NCBI GenBank assembly: GCA_040285825.1
Contig: JAUPSS010000005.1
Coordinates: 1,674,001 to 1,738,000 of the forward strand
Direction of reading: 5' to 3'
Source: Eukaryota sp. TZLM1-RC
Taxonomy: Eukaryota > Protista > Metamonada: BaSk clade
Length of the DNA stretch: 64,000 nt
Numbering within the stretch: position 1 is the stretch's first letter; every line of letters begins with the position of its first letter. A program made the position numbers and the translations under genes. Of this stretch, positions 44,057 through 55,873 are shown piece by piece. The notes beneath the pieces were generated by a model, which was not told the DNA's origin, did no database searches, and was given only the letters and a program-made list of their open reading frames with translations.

Positions 44057-44590
44057 ATTTATTAATCACGTCGAGGTGATTTAATTGCTCCTATTGTGGA
44101 TTCCTCTCAAGTTGTTGTTGATTTTACTACAGTTGATCCTTTTGCTTTCATTTATCGTGATGATGGTTTACCTAATTCTTATGGTCATTTAAACAGGGCT
44201 GAGGATCGTAAAAGAGACAAATATACTGAGATATTATTAAATTATTTTAATGAGAACCTTTACTCGAAGTTTTCGTTTGTTCTTTTTGCCTTCTCGATTT
44301 TTGGCAACATTGGACAGTCTGCCTCTGTCTCTGCCTCTGCCTCTGTCTGAATTTTCTCAATAATTTTTTATAATTTATGTCGTTTCAAGTGGTAAGAATT
44401 TTGCAGGGAATTCATGGAAGAATCGTATCATTTTTGCTTTGTACAGAAGTGTTCCCAAATACTTAAATTTAATGATGTCAAAGCTGTATAAATATTCATC
44501 AAGAATTGGCGTGGAGAATTTTGTTTCTTATGTGTTTTAGTTTGTTTTGTTTTTGTTTTGTTTCTATTTTATAATAAATTAAAATTAAAA
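44057..44590 (+). mobile_element. 3' fragment of RLE family D (ends VSYVF)
   Basis: RRGDLIAP..DFTTVDP..EDRKRDKY; near-identical to 48350-48830; contains a TCTGYC x5 expansion at 44318-44347. Confidence 0.9.
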
Positions 44591-44597
44591 ATTAATA

Positions 44598-47500
44598 AGT
44601 TTTCGAAATAGTGAAAAAATTAAATCGATTTTGACAGGTATTTTGGGAAAAATTGAAGAACAAGTTTTAGCTATTCAAGAACTAAAAATTGACAAGCATT
44701 TAGTGTTTTCGTTTCTGAATGTGTGTGTTGGATCAAAAATTAATCACCTTCTTCGTTCTTTATCTCCTACAATTTCACATAATTTTGCACGTCAATTTAA
44801 TGCTCTGAGAACCAATTTTTTAGGAGATTTAGTGGAAGTTTGTCCGTCAAAAATTCCTTATCATGCATTTTTTAGTCCCAAATTTGCTGGAGTTGGTTTT
44901 TCAAAAGCAGAGTATTTATTTTATTTATTTATGCAAAAGTGCTTTCATTGGTGGTATGACAAAGTTCTTTTTTGAGTGTAAACTCCGGTTTGATCAAATT
45001 CCTTTGAATGAATCACATCTTTTATTAGTTTCACTCGAGAACATGGTGCAGGAACTACCTATTCATGTGTGGAATAATTGTTTTCCTTTAAGTTTGCCTT
45101 CTGTACCTTCGAGATCTTTGTCTAATCTTCATCTTGCCATTGTGAATTTACAGAAGTTTGTTTTTACTGGTTTTGAAGACCTGGATTTTTCTAAACGACT
45201 TAGTGTGACGAAGATTAATAATCCCGTCTTTGCTGCCTTTTTATCAGACATCCAGAATTGCACTAGTTCAATATCTCAGCAACCAAGGCCATTTGGTCTT
45301 CACTTAACAAATGAAGCTTGGAAACAAAACATGCATTTGCGATTAGGGCTGTATCCAAGTGGTCTTTTTGTTGGCGCCCTTAGCCTTTTATAATATGAGT
45401 AGAAAACAAATCAGTTTTATCTTAACCCACTTTTCCAACCTACGGCATCAAAAATTATTGGCCATTTAGGTTTATACCAGGTATACCGCTTACACAACTT
45501 ACAGCTTTCATACAGAGGATATCTTTAGCAGATATCATGTCTGTTCGAGCCCGAATCCTCATCAGTCATTGCTACTTCTCCTGTTGATGTGAATGTGTTA
45601 TAAGCATCCCCGTCGTATCCCTCCGCCCCTTCTCAAGAAAAACCCAAAACAATGGATTCAGGCACGGAACCATCTCCCGCCTCTTCCAAGTCGAACAAGC
45701 CAGAAAAGGTTTCAAGAACGGGACCACCCCATCCTCACCTAAAGACACAAATGTTGACTCAAGTTCTGAAACTTCGTCTGTTCTGAAGGATTACGAAGAA
45801 CTTCAGTCCGCTTTAGATGAAATAGACGATGAAGAGAAAGAACTTCGCCAGCAGATAATGAAAGACCGGAAGCCCACCTTGAACCTACAGATTACTGTTT
45901 GTTCGAGCAGTTCCCTCCTCTTTGGAAACAAATGACAAAATCTGGAAGAAACGTGAGATTCCAGACTCTGGGCCATAACGGGGACCCTAATAGAAACTAA
46001 GAATTCCCTCAAAGCGAGAGAAGGTGTTAGTTAATGCTTTAGACGCCTTGAGTAGAGATACCTACGGACGCGGGGCAGAACGCCGTCCTAGGATAACCGG
46101 CATAAACAGAGAACTCCATGTGATCCTGGCTAAACCAATCAAAGATAGACCTGATTGGGAAGCCATTCACTTGGATCAATTCAGGAGAAGGATCAGGTTC
46201 TTAGCTATCGAACGTAGGAGCAGAACCGATACCGACAACATCCTGGATACTAAATTGCCAGCATGGATGGACTCGTACTTTGATACGATCATCCATAACT
46301 ACTCAGAGGTAACGGATGGGGCTCTTACTTGTTTCAAGGAGTATATGGAACAAGCAGGCAGCATAAATCCAAGCAAGTTGGAACCTGTCAGCGACTTCTT
46401 TGACGCGGACGCCCTAAATAATATACTTACGGAACGTTCAAGCGTATCCACATTTAGGAGCCGGCCAAATAACTTCATCCAGCAATTCGGGGAATCTACA
46501 ACAAGAAAGAAGAAGTTCAGATTCATGGTCACGGGCGATTAATCAACAGAGCTCCACGAGAGACCTCAACTTCCAGTAATTGCCCCTATAATATCAGAAA
46601 AAGAGCAACCGGTACAAGTCTGATCTATCGATGTACTCTCTGACCAAATCCCAACGGTAGATGTGACAGAACGAATAAACAAACCTACCAGAGTGGTTCA
46701 GGAACCTTCGACTTCCTCCCAACCTATGCTTACTAGTGCATCAGAAGACGAAGTCGAGTTGAGTGGACCTAGTTTAGATGAAACACCTCCTCTTCAACCC
46801 CCTTGTAGAAGAATTTCTTATGAGGAGCCTCTCCGTTTGGAAGACCTCCAAGCTTCAAGAAATATTTTGGACATGAGTATAGCGAGTACTCTTCAGAGAC
46901 ATGTGGACTCTCGGCCTAGGTCAGCTGAATACAAAGCTCCTCACCTATCCGAAAAGGACCCACTCAACAAGATGTCTCTCGTCTCCTTCCTTCTCAAGTT
47001 CCAAACAAGGGATAAATACGGGCGTAAGATAGGTGATAGAAGCTTCCAAGCCCCTGGTCAATCTGATTGGTCTCGTGCTATGTTGATAGCAACCCAGATA
47101 TTTGGCGAAGGAAAGACCCAGATTACCCTTGAGCTCTTATCATCTCTCCCATCTCACATCAGAGAAAAAATTGATAGGGACATGAAGCAGCCACTTTTAA
47201 GAATCGACTCAGAACTGACAAAACGTCTGGGACCTCCTATTTACGATTTATTTAGAAGTATGATGATAAGTACTTGTCCGTCTGGCCTATCAAGCATGGT
47301 TGACCCCCATCTCATATCTAGATGGCAAGGCCAAGGACTTCTGAGACCGGACTTCTCCAGTGCAGATCTAATGGTTTTTCTGCTACGCAGGACGCAATTT
47401 ACCTCTTATCATGAGGCTTGCTCCGCTCTAGCAAAACCTTGCATAAATTGGAGAAACATCCACAACAAAATGGATGCTGACAATGAATTTGGTAGGTTCG

Positions 47501-48835
47501 TCGAAGAGTTTGGAGACGTCCCAAGGATGACCACTTACATGGTTGATCACTCTATATCTGCATCGATTAGGGGAAGCAGCGGTTTAATAACCCTCTCACC
47601 CGTCCTCATTGCAGAATACTTTCTCTTGGGTATAGATAATTTTGCCATTACCAAGGAGCTGGCAAGCCATTGGACAAGAGAAGATCTTTGGGACCCTTCA
47701 ACAGGTACAACTTTGTTAGACCTGATTTCGACCACCAGAAGACACTTCTTAGCTTGGTGCCAAACAACGGGAAATAGGCACACCATGGGAACTTCTGAGG
47801 AAACAAGCTGAAAGAGACGAAGATATTCCATTAGGCCTCTCGACCATGAGAACTTACTTTAGAGGAGCAATTCCATTAGACAAGAGAATTAGAAAAGTTG
47901 GTAAACGTACTTCTAATAGAGGAGGTCCTTCCTTTCAACTAGTCTAGCGTTCCTAAACGGCCTAAACGTAGTAATAGAAAATAAGAAGAATTAGTTTAGT
48001 TTAGTTTATTAGTTAATAGTGTTAGTTGAATATTTATTATAAAGCCGACTGATTTTGAAAAAGGGGAGAAGCAGTGTTGGCGCTCTTAGGCTTTTATAAT
48101 ATGAATAGAAAATAAATCAGCTTTATCTTAACCCACTTTTCCAACCTACGGCATCATTTTGGATAATTCAGTTTGTATTAGTAACAAAAAACCGACTGTC
48201 AATTTCCGTCATATTGTAAGTTGTAAGAAATTTCTTCAATATCGGTCAGTTCATCATAATGCCGTTCGTGATGTGACATATGAGATGTTTAAGTGTTACA
48301 ATTTTAGTTGCAAAATAGAACTATTGTTGAAGCATTATAGCGATAATAATTTGTTTAATTCGCGTCGAGGTGATTTAATTGCTCCTTTTGTGGATTCCTC
48401 TCAAGTCGTTGTTGATTTTACTACAGTTGATCCTTTTGCTTTCATTTATCGTGATGATGGTTTACCTAATTCTTATGGTCATTTAAACAGGGCTGAGGAT
48501 CGTAAAAGAGACAAATATACTGAGATATTATTTTAATGAGAACCTTTACTCGAAGTTTTCGTGTGTTCCTTTTTCCTTCTCGATTTTTGGTAACATTGGA
48601 CAATCTGCCTTGAATTTTCTCAATGATTTTGATAATTTATGTCGTTCAAATGGTAAGAATTTGGCAAAGAATTTATGGAAGAATCGTATCATTTTTGCTT
48701 TGTACAGAAGTGTTCCCAAATACTTGAATTTAATGATGTCCGAGCTGTATAAGGATTCATCAAGAGTTGGCGTGGAGAATTATGTTTCTTATGTGTTTTA
48801 GTTTGTTTTGATTCTTCGTAGAATAAATTTAATTA
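44598..48835 (+). mobile_element. 5'-truncated RLE family D element, interrupted by the LTR element at 45369-48156
   Basis: Removing the insert and one TTTT restores in-frame LRLGLYPSG-LLDNSVCIS...RHIVSC...HNAVRD. Confidence 0.9.
45369..48156 (+). mobile_element. Complete 2788-bp LTR element with 82-bp LTRs, Gag-like coding region only (non-autonomous)
   Basis: LTRs at 45369-45450 and 48075-48156 (77/82 identical, TG...CA); PPT at 48057-48074; TSD TTTT; internal broken ORF about 45538-47984 with no RT, RNase H or integrase motifs. Confidence 0.92.
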
Positions 48836-49466
48836 ATTAATTAATTTCGCATTCACACTGATTAAGGTTTTCAAAGCTAGATTAAATTAACCTATTCGAA
48901 TCAGAGATCAGACACCACCACGTAATTCAACGTCAACCCACGTTAAACTATGTCGTGCCACCACAGTGGTTTTCTTGGTGGTCAACTTCATTTCTTTATT
49001 CTTTTCTCAATTCCAATTCTTTGTTATAAATGCCAATTCGCGGTAGTTTAGTGCAATTTTGTTTGTTAATTTTGATAAATCATACAGCTGCAAATACTTC
49101 AAATACCACTTCCAAAAGTTGCATCAGGTCCTCCACAAATGAACAAGGGCTTAGCTATCGTGCCTCACATTGTTTTTGATGTGTAAATGTGGTTGGAAAA
49201 CTACTTCAAACATTTGATATTGGTCAAATGATAATGAAATAATCAAGTACTGATGTGGAAAAATAAATAAATATGATTTAGTTTAAACCAATTCAATTTA
49301 CACAAACAAATGTGTGTTTGGGTCTATTTATATTCTAGTTCTAGTTTTGAGCAAAAAAATTAAACTTATAGCAATAGTATTTAAATAATTGTTTATAAAA
49401 TTGTTATTAATTTGAAAATAGTTAATTAAACAAAGAAGTGCAGAAAAAAAGCTACAGAAACAGGAA

Positions 49467-49985
49467 CTACAATCTAGATAAGGTCTTCCTCTTCACAGGC
49501 CTGGCTTTCTGTTTACCTCCATCCTGATTTGCTTCCCTCACAGATGAAGATCTTGCATGAACCTTGGAGTGTAGTTGTGCTCGTCTGAAATACTCGTTGT
49601 AGTCTTCAAGAGCAAGCTTGGCTGCTGTTTCATTGAGCGCAGACTCCGGAAAAGGTTCAATAAGGAGACAAAGAATAGTCTGAAGTACGTGTGAGATGGT
49701 AGTCTCACTTGTCCAATCTCTCTTCAATGTATTGACACAGACATCACCAGTAGGACTAATGTTTGGATGAAAAATGGGGGTTTCAAATACAGCAGTCGGT
49801 GGAGAGCGAGGGAAGTCACTAGGAAATCGCAATCGGACAAGGAAATACTTTCCAACATACGGAGTTGACTCAGATCCAGCGATCTCTGCAAGAAGTGACT
49901 GTGTGTGTTCATTTGAAACAAAAACTACTCCAGGAGGAGGAGAAGACTGTAGTGATCGGATCTCTTTGAGTATTCGTGTCGACAT
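49467..49985 (-). CDS. UBE2S: Ubiquitin-conjugating enzyme E2, UBE2S/UBC22-like
   Basis: FHPNI..G.VCVNTLKRDW and PFPESALNE..KL.LEDY motifs, basic tail. Confidence 0.85.
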   Translation of the reverse strand: MSTRILKEIRSLQSSPPPGVVFVSNEHTQSLLAEIAGSESTPYVGKYFLVRLRFPSDFPRSPPTAVFETPIFHPNISPTGDVCVNTLKRDWTSETTISHVLQTILCLLIEPFPESALNETAAKLALEDYNEYFRRAQLHSKVHARSSSVREANQDGGKQKARPVKRKTLSRL

Positions 49986-50130
49986 GGTCTGATATCAAAG
50001 TAACGTAAGGTATTGCGAAGAGAATGTGGCAAAATTCAATAGGAAAGTTGTTCAAGTCAACAATTTCAAAAAATTCAGCTATTTTATAAAAACACAATAA
50101 TTAATTTTTTTAATAAATCTCAAAACAAAA

Positions 50131-53100
50131 CTAACCCTTTGTTAAAATCTGTAAAGATTTGAAAAGCTTTACTGACAGGGATGAAATAGCATCAAAACCA
50201 GCAACGTTGGAAATTTTATGCAAACACCCAGCAGTGTCGTGCTTGAACTTCAAAACAACTTCTTTTTCGGAAGAGATTAACCTTGGGGAATTGGTGTAAA
50301 CAAAAATATGTGAATGCAAAATGAAAAAACTAAATTCAATACATAGCGATATTAAATTCACAATTCTGGTAAAATATAATCTAAAATTAATTCCAAAAGT
50401 TTCAGTCAAGTAGCTTAATAACTCTGTTTGGGAATGTAGAACACCCTGTAAATTCTGCTTAAAACCAATCAATTTTTCAATCAAAATAAATAAGGAAACC
50501 ATGCCAGAATCGGAATCAAAATTTGGTTGAAAAATTGCCCTCAACTTTGTGGCAAAATTTTCAAAATTTGAACTGTAAAGCTGTGAAACATTGGAAATTT
50601 TTGCAACAAAGCTCAACAAAGATCTTAGTGATTCAACACTAGCTAACAAACTTAAAACAAAAGGAATATCATCCTCAACATTATTTCCAGAAAGTACCCC
50701 TCTAATGACTGAATTCCAATTATGATCAATCGTGTTGGAATTGGTAACTTCACATAAATCTAAGGAAAGTTGATGAACCAATGCATCAATTTTGGGAAAT
50801 AAAGCAAGATCTTCCTGTTTGGAAAAGTTAAAAATTGAATTGCAAAAAGTGTAGAAATCTGATACAAAAGCAATGCAGTAATCGGGAGGGAATAATTCGG
50901 CCAAATTTTGGTGATCTGATGACGTCATGCGGTGACGTGTATCCAACAACGAATTAGTTGGTGGTAGAGAATGAACATTATCGAAAAAATACGACGCCAG
51001 ATCGAAATTAAAAGAATAATGCATTTTGGAAAAACAAAAGCAAGATTTAAAGCACCAAGAAAAAATCCTAATGATATACTCTCGACGTGACATAGACTCA
51101 TCAATCAATTGTGATTGAGTTTCCGATAGAACTGAGTGACTGGCATAAATACGGACGACTGAGTTAATCAAGGAGCTCAAAATGCCTAAATCAATCAATA
51201 CTGATGACACATCAGCATGACGTGATAGAGCAATCAAAAGCTGGCATTTTGATTCATAAATTGATAGCTGATTGATTGCTGTTGACTTTTTAGAAAAGGA
51301 AAGTGATGGGACAAATGATTGGGAAGAATGTCCAAAAATTGTTGAAAATTTACCCCCTCTGGCCAATTCAGAAGCAATCAAAATTGATAGTTTTGGTAGA
51401 GTTGATTTTGAATCAAGTATAAATGATAGAAAAGATAATGTTTGTAACTGTGCAGCAATAAATGTTGTTTTGAAAATTCCAACGAGAGAAGAGATCAATT
51501 TCGACAAATTTTGACCATCTTGTAAAATATTGATGATAATACCTTCAGTACGGGAAATAAAAGACCATTCTTGCTCTTCGTTATGAGGGTAATTGTTCAA
51601 ATAAGTGAAACCCAAAACAGATGCCAAAGCAACTTGTGACACAATTTTGAGCTCTATTTGATCCAATGACGAAAGATTTCTAAAAATTTCAATCAAAATA
51701 TTCGAGACTGTGGATGGACTGACATAGTTATTTGAATTAAGAATTGTGTACATTCCAGATAACAAAAGATTGGCTAAATCAAGTCGTGCATGGTGTGAGT
51801 CCAAGGAGGTAACCACACCATAGACAATCTTAATGACGTCATCAAAATGATTGACAGTCGGATCAGGGTTTTCTGGGTTTAAAACGATTGGTTTATGTAC
51901 TATTAGACTATCTGCTAGCTGACACCAAAAGCTAACGCATGAATTAACCATAGAATGATCCATTTCAGTTGATGAATTAATTGATTCCAACCATTTGAAA
52001 ATCAAATCATTTTCAAACAAACATTGGATTAATAGTTGAGCTTGGGATTGAGCTCTACTCGTCACACTTGAAATATTTGATTCTAACTTAAACGACATTT
52101 GCTGAATATCAAGGGAAATCAACTGCCAAAGAGGGGAAAGCCCAAAAAGGCAAGTGTCGTGACAATCAATCGAATTTGATAGAAAGTTCTCAATAAATCC
52201 AGAATGATTAGGATACATATCAGAAAAAGATTGGTTGCCGATGTTACAGGTCAAAAACACAATCGATAACAATTCAAAACAAAGAAAAGGAGCGTGGCTT
52301 AGGATAGATGGAGTTTCCAAGACTTCAATAACACTATTCATTATTGGAGACTGTTCAAAAGAAAGTTCTGACCGCTCAGAATTCAGCTGGAGTAGGTCAA
52401 AAATACCAGACTCGTGGGGACTATTCTCCAGGCATTTACGAATAAAATAGGCAGTCCTGTAGCGAGCATCAGAGCCTTTGAGCTCAACTAAAGACTCATG
52501 AAATGGTAAGCTAGGAAGTTTTGTCACATCATCAGTCACGTGTGATGACGTGTCAGTGACGAGGTTGATTGCGATTGATTGTATGATTGATGGAAATTCT
52601 GATTGATTTAGCGAGTTAAAAAACCTTTTAAATTGAGGTATTGATAATGCCAATCCAGCTAAAACTAAAGAAGAAAGAGACGAAACACTGTAATGACCAA
52701 GTGATAATATTAAATTTTTAATAAAATTTTTACCCCTTTCGGTTGAGATTGTCAATGTCGAAATTTTGACAAAATCACGTGTCATGATCCCTTCTAATGT
52801 TGACAAATGATTAGAAGCAGATAGCCCACAACCGAATAATGTTAAACCTAGCAGGCAAGTACAAATTGCATCAGAGTCATTAGGATTTAAGTTTAAATAA
52901 GCCAAGCAACTATTTAAGCAGATTAAAATTGATTTAAAAAACAAAGAGTCGGAAAGTAAAAGAGAAAGAGTTTGATTGGAATGGCTTAGGGTTGGGGTTG
53001 GGGTTTGATGACGTGATTGATTGGTTTTGACCTCATTGACACGTGTAGACAGCTCATCAATAGCCACATTGGTTATATGAACAAATAACTCCAAACACAC

Positions 53101-55020
53101 AGAATATAAAAGCCATTTCTGACTGGGAACATCACGTGACCGACCTTCTATTTTAGGAAAGAGGTTATCACGAGTATGATTAATTAATTGATCAAACTTC
53201 ATTTCGACCATGTAAGCTTTTGAAGCAAATTCACCAAATACTTTCAAGAAATTTACAATTGAAATTGATAGAGAAAAATTATCAAATCTCAATTCAACTG
53301 AAAACTTTTTCTGCCAGAATGGTTCAAAATCACGACTTAGTTGATTGACCACTTGCCCTATAAAAGGGGAATGTCTAACCAAGCCAGAGAAGCAATTAAC
53401 CACTATACCAAGTATTTCTAGAGGCAAATTACATTTTAGTAAAGAAATTAATATGGGAATTATAGATTGTTCATAAATAAATGAATCTAATTCAGATTTA
53501 GAATGGGTAAATAATGCTGATAACAACCTCAAAATAGCAGTTAAAGGTTCCAAGTCTAAATCACTTAATTCTGATTCCTCGGATAATAACTCACTTCTGA
53601 ATATATTTAAACTATTAGAAAAATGATTAAATGAAATGACGTTTGAGGAACCTTTTCTTAATTGTATGGCTACAAAGTCAGTTCCTACGTACCCTTCTTC
53701 TCCACTTTCTACATCTTTACTCACACAACAAGCAATATTCTCGTATAATTGTAGTATCGTACAAAACAACAGTATCGAAGGTTCACTACCAGCTGTTGAT
53801 ATTAAAGCCACAATATTTTCACAATCAAATTCACGTTCTATTAAACAATGTACGGCATCAGGACTCTGCCGATAAAGAATTCCCAACAAGTCAAAGTAAT
53901 TACATAAAATACTTTGCGAATGGGTAAAAGGGTTAGTGTCATCAGCATCATGTTTGTATTCCAGTAATGTTTCAGGAAAAGCCAGACCAATAGAGGTGAT
54001 AAAGGATTCGAAAATGGTGATTAATGACTGTCTAACGTCATCATAAATGATTGATTGCGGTTGATTGGGGGTCGAAAACGAGTATGGATTGTATGAACTA
54101 GGAAGGTTGAGATACGAAAACTTGGAAATTTTCAACAATGTCGAGAAGGGATCAAGAGCAAGAATTGGATGAATATCATCAAACACGTCATAACTTCCTG
54201 GAAGAGAAATGAAAGTGGTGAAAATTAACCCCAAAAGGGTCAATAAAGGGTCTGATTGGGAAAAATTAGGACCAATCAAATTTTTGATTGATTCATGATC
54301 TTGACTGTAAGTTTCCGTGTCGATAAAAGGGTTAATGACTTCTCTGGGTTCCATAGGCGAGCTGAAATCATGAAGATTTAGTCTGGGTGTTAAGCAATTC
54401 ATTATCGAAAATAGAATAAAACAGCTATTATTAAACAAACATTCTTGGATTTGATTTGAAAATAGAAGCTTTTTTACACTTGAGTTCATGATGACTGAAT
54501 TAAAGTCGTTTTTAATTTCTGCTGAAAACTTTACTAATTCAATTATATCTGGACTGGGGATCATCCTTAAATGGCAGCATAAAAGTATGGTTTCTCCAAC
54601 CAATTCACACTCCCTAGCGTAGGGTTCCTGCTGGTCCATGGTGGAAGAGGAGGAACGGATTGAGGAGAGGAGAGTTGAGATGTGCGTGCAGAAAGAGGTG
54701 ATGAGGTTGTTGGAGATGAGGTTGTTCGTAAAGGATCGATAGACGTAGAGGTAGTCAGGAGGTTGGGAAGTGTCCATGGAAGCGACCAGGATGTGTTGGA
54801 GCGAGTAGAAGAGATGAGATCTTTCAGTGAAGAGGTGTGTTAGTTGTTGTGGGGAAAGGTCGTTTCTGTAGGCATGGTTTGGGAGAAGTTCGGGGGAAAA
54901 GGGCCTGAGGAAATGATCTCGATGGTTGCGCAGTCGTTGTTGAAGGTCTTCAGGAGAGATGAGGCCATTTGATGCATCTTGCAAGTAGCTGTACAATCCA
55001 AAGAAAACCTCAGGTGTCAT
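50131..55020 (-). CDS. Large alpha-solenoid protein, possibly nucleoporin Nup205/Nup192-like
   Basis: 1629-aa intact helical ORF; size and N-terminal ER..L..L pattern are only suggestive of the family. Confidence 0.5.
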   Translation of the reverse strand: MTPEVFFGLYSYLQDASNGLISPEDLQQRLRNHRDHFLRPFSPELLPNHAYRNDLSPQQLTHLFTERSHLFYSLQHILVASMDTSQPPDYLYVYRSFTNNLISNNLITSFCTHISTLLSSIRSSSSTMDQQEPYARECELVGETILLCCHLRMIPSPDIIELVKFSAEIKNDFNSVIMNSSVKKLLFSNQIQECLFNNSCFILFSIMNCLTPRLNLHDFSSPMEPREVINPFIDTETYSQDHESIKNLIGPNFSQSDPLLTLLGLIFTTFISLPGSYDVFDDIHPILALDPFSTLLKISKFSYLNLPSSYNPYSFSTPNQPQSIIYDDVRQSLITIFESFITSIGLAFPETLLEYKHDADDTNPFTHSQSILCNYFDLLGILYRQSPDAVHCLIEREFDCENIVALISTAGSEPSILLFCTILQLYENIACCVSKDVESGEEGYVGTDFVAIQLRKGSSNVISFNHFSNSLNIFRSELLSEESELSDLDLEPLTAILRLLSALFTHSKSELDSFIYEQSIIPILISLLKCNLPLEILGIVVNCFSGLVRHSPFIGQVVNQLSRDFEPFWQKKFSVELRFDNFSLSISIVNFLKVFGEFASKAYMVEMKFDQLINHTRDNLFPKIEGRSRDVPSQKWLLYSVCLELFVHITNVAIDELSTRVNEVKTNQSRHQTPTPTLSHSNQTLSLLLSDSLFFKSILICLNSCLAYLNLNPNDSDAICTCLLGLTLFGCGLSASNHLSTLEGIMTRDFVKISTLTISTERGKNFIKNLILSLGHYSVSSLSSLVLAGLALSIPQFKRFFNSLNQSEFPSIIQSIAINLVTDTSSHVTDDVTKLPSLPFHESLVELKGSDARYRTAYFIRKCLENSPHESGIFDLLQLNSERSELSFEQSPIMNSVIEVLETPSILSHAPFLCFELLSIVFLTCNIGNQSFSDMYPNHSGFIENFLSNSIDCHDTCLFGLSPLWQLISLDIQQMSFKLESNISSVTSRAQSQAQLLIQCLFENDLIFKWLESINSSTEMDHSMVNSCVSFWCQLADSLIVHKPIVLNPENPDPTVNHFDDVIKIVYGVVTSLDSHHARLDLANLLLSGMYTILNSNNYVSPSTVSNILIEIFRNLSSLDQIELKIVSQVALASVLGFTYLNNYPHNEEQEWSFISRTEGIIINILQDGQNLSKLISSLVGIFKTTFIAAQLQTLSFLSFILDSKSTLPKLSILIASELARGGKFSTIFGHSSQSFVPSLSFSKKSTAINQLSIYESKCQLLIALSRHADVSSVLIDLGILSSLINSVVRIYASHSVLSETQSQLIDESMSRREYIIRIFSWCFKSCFCFSKMHYSFNFDLASYFFDNVHSLPPTNSLLDTRHRMTSSDHQNLAELFPPDYCIAFVSDFYTFCNSIFNFSKQEDLALFPKIDALVHQLSLDLCEVTNSNTIDHNWNSVIRGVLSGNNVEDDIPFVLSLLASVESLRSLLSFVAKISNVSQLYSSNFENFATKLRAIFQPNFDSDSGMVSLFILIEKLIGFKQNLQGVLHSQTELLSYLTETFGINFRLYFTRIVNLISLCIEFSFFILHSHIFVYTNSPRLISSEKEVVLKFKHDTAGCLHKISNVAGFDAISSLSVKLFKSLQILTKG

Positions 55021-55557
55021 GTTACAGATATTGGCTTTTGCAAAGCAAAAAGAATTGTAACAAGTTGGAAATTGAATTAATTAATGTCAACTGATTCACC
55101 CACAAAATAATACAACACGAGTTTGATGAATGTCTTGACTATTCCTTATAAAAAACTAACTTCTCAGCACCCTAGAGCACAAAGCAGGTTGCGAGAAGGC
55201 TAAATCAAAGAAAACAATAGGTAGATGCTGTTTTACAACATAAGAACGCTTAAATGCAGAAGATGCATAAGTTAAATATCCTTTTCTGATCTTTTGTGTC
55301 TTCTTCCACACCAATAAGTCTAAAATTGAAAAATCTATTACCTTTATCGGCACTTTTGTATTTATTGTCCTTTGATTATATTATCACGTTTCATCAAATC
55401 ATAAACTAAAGGTTGAAAAATAGCGCACGATCTAGGGCACGAACCTAACGCACAGTTTGATTTGAGTTTGGACCCAGTTTGAATCTGAATTTACTTTGAT
55501 TACACCAGAGTGACAAAAGATTACAGTTTTAATTTTTCCATAGATGCATTTGTATAC

Positions 55558-55873
55558 TTTTCTTAAACTTACACACTTGACAAAATAAACTCATAACTAA
55601 TGGGACGAAATTCATTGAACCAAGATTTCCGCTACAAAATCTTGATCTGCTGGCTGTCTCGCTAAAGCTTCTCTTATTCGATTGAAAAACCGTGGCAATC
55701 TATTGAAAATGGCAAATTGAATTCGAACGCGCCATAAAAAATATCAAATGTTTTCATTGTTTTTTCTTGAACCATTTTTTGGAAATCATTCAAAGAAGTT
55801 CCTGCTTCTACTGAAAGTCTTTCGTTTCTAGCAAATGGGAAAGCAATAAAAACAAGTGTATTTCTACCAACAC
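55558..55873 (-). mobile_element. 3' fragment of RLE family A
   Basis: Reverse complement of FIAFPF...FLWRVRIQFA...EILVQ plus the CGTCCCATTAG 3' UTR. Confidence 0.9.

Noticed and set aside
55421-55456. Three GCAC(G)A-containing repeats as the left end of the Fanzor element
   Set aside because: Short and degenerate, separated from the Fanzor remnant by a retroelement, with no matching right end.
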